Shown here one piece after another: positions 62,040 through 64,000 of a stretch of 64,000 nt of DNA. The DNA comes from the human T2T-CHM13v2.0 reference genome, Homo sapiens: assembly GCF_009914755.1 (NCBI RefSeq), contig NC_060934.1; one strand, written 5' to 3'. The position numbers and the translations under genes were made by a program. The notes under the pieces were generated by a model, which saw nothing but the letters and a program-made list of their open reading frames with translations, did no database searches and had not been told where the DNA came from. Each line of letters opens with the position of its first letter. Positions within the stretch are counted from its first letter, which is position 1.

Positions 62040-63782
62040 TTGCTTAAATCGCTATATATCTTTGAAAGAAATTGAAAGAAGTGAGCTTTACATGTTACCC
62101 CATATTTGTCTTTTCCACTGATCTTCATTCCTTTTTGTAGAAGAGAAATTTCATCTGGTAATATTTCTTTCCAGCCTGAATAATTTCTTTGAATATTTTT
62201 TCTTTTATCAGCTTTCTGGCAACAAATTCTGTTTTTGTCCATCCAAAGTTGTCTTTATGTTGCCTTCATTTTCGAAGAATATTTTCATTGGATATAAAAT
62301 TCTGACTTGATTTTTGTTGTTTTAGCAGTTTACAGAGGCCATTCCATCATCTCTGGCCTCCATTGTTTCTTATGGGAAGTCAATTGTCACTATTTAATCA
62401 TTGTTCCCACATGAAGTATCATTTTTCTTTGCTTTTAATATTTTCTCCTTATCTTTGATTTTCAGAATTCAGAGGTTAATATTCATAGGTATGATTTTCT
62501 TTGATTTTGTGCTATGGATTTCTGTAAGTTTCTTCTATCTGCGTGTTTAAGCTTTTTGTTTTTACCAAATTTGTGGGGGTTTTTTGCCATTGATCTTCAT
62601 ATATATTTTTTTCTGCTCCATTCTATTTTTTTCTCCTACTGAGACTCTAATTGCATGTATGTTAGACCATTTAAAATACTCTCATAGGTCACAGTGTCTC
62701 TGTTTACTGTTTCTAAAATCCTTTTTTTCTGTATCCTTCTGGTTAGATAATTTCTATTAATCTACCTTCAAGGTCACTGAACTTTTCCCATTTCTGTTCT
62801 CCTGTTAAGGTCAAATCATGTGTGTGTCTGTGTATATACACATATATATCTATATGTATATATATATAAAATAAAATATATATGTATATTTTATTATAAA
62901 TATTGTGCTTTTTAGTTTCCACATTTTCTTTGGTTCCTTTTAAAATTCTAGTTCTCTAATGAGAATTCCCTTCTATCCATCTGTTCATTCATTATAATCA
63001 TCTTTTCCCTTAAGACCTTGTTCATGCTTATTACAGCTACTTTAAAGCATTTGAGTCTTAATTACAAAATCTGGGTTATCTCAATGTTAATATCTACTGG
63101 CTTTTAAAAAAAACTCTTGACTATGGGTCACATTGCCCTGTTTCCTATTCTTATGTTGTCTAGTAATTTATTGTTGTGTCCTGGACATTGTAGACAATAC
63201 ATTGTATAGACACTGATAGATTGCAATTTCTGGTATTACCTTTCCCTCCTCCCCACTTTTTAAAAAGCATGCTGAGATTTTGTTCTAGCAGGCAGCTAAC
63301 TTGGCTGGACTCAAATTACTAATTGAGTCTCTCATGTGGAAAGTAGCCCCTGAAATCTGTGGTCAGTTCTTTCAGACTTCCAGTTGTTACTTTTCACTCT
63401 GTCTTGTAATCTTCCCAGCATATGTGCAGTTTAGGGTCATCTCAGGATTTAGTTGTAGGATTTTGCAGACTTTGTAGCCTTACCCTTTGTTGTTCTCTTC
63501 TTTCTGGGATCACTCCCTTCACTTTCCAACTGTTCTGCCAGTGGCAAAATTCATCCTTAACCACCCAAGAAGAAGCAGAAAGGTGACTTCCTGCTTGCAT
63601 TTTAGCCACTCCATCTTGCAGACTTCTGTTAAGGGCCAGCTTCCATCTAGCTTCTGTCTGCTTTTGGTTTCTTTCCGGTACCCACATGTAGTAGTTTTTA
63701 GAATATTTTGTCCAAATTTTATAATTTTCATCAATGGGAGGGTTTGTTTAATATAAGCTACTCTATCATTACTGGAAGTTGA
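62040..63782 (-). mobile_element. Old L1 (L1ME-type) 5'/ORF1 region, degraded, with an internal (TA)n patch
   Basis: T-rich antisense L1M signature: ccttcattttcgaagaatattttcattggatataaaattct...tctggcctccattgtttct..gaagtca. Confidence 0.8.
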
Positions 63783-64000
63783 ACTTTAGATCTTCTCATT
63801 GTTTAAGAGAAGACGGAAATATATAGATTTTTCTGTGAAATCTCTTGATTATTTACTCTGGGCAGCTACATTGATATTTAAAACACCTTGTGTAGGGAAA
63901 AAAATCATGCCTATGGGCTAAATATGGCCCCTAGACCCTCAGTTTGCAAAATTTGATCTAGTTCAGCTTGCCATTTTAGAGATGGGGAAATAAGTTCAGA

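Overview
This is primate (most likely human) non-coding genomic DNA, intronic or intergenic. It contains AluS/AluJ/FLAM SINEs, many old MIR and L2 fragments, L1 pieces, MaLR/ERVL solo LTRs, hAT MITEs, microsatellites and one 26-bp G-rich minisatellite. I recognise no protein-coding exon, RNA gene or prokaryote-type system; the ORF track is explained by chance ORFs and repeats. Between the repeats are AT-rich, repeat-free blocks dense in PBX-HOX, MEIS, HOX and POU motifs, which look like developmental enhancers; the host locus cannot be named from sequence alone. The most unusual structure is two separate, mutually unrelated inverted duplications of local sequence, each about 230-240 bp: IR1 (12850-13086 / 14369-14607, about 92% identical by eye) and IR2 (34167-34397 / 35975-36205, about 96% outside an internal microsatellite). 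In each, one arm appears to be a copy pasted 1.3-1.6 kb from its source into an older repeat. IR1 is nested inside an inverted Alu pair. IR2 encloses a candidate 144-nt exon, and its derived arm lies in a MIR that also appears to have been internally inverted. Repeat family names come from recalled consensus sequences, and old-repeat boundaries are approximate.
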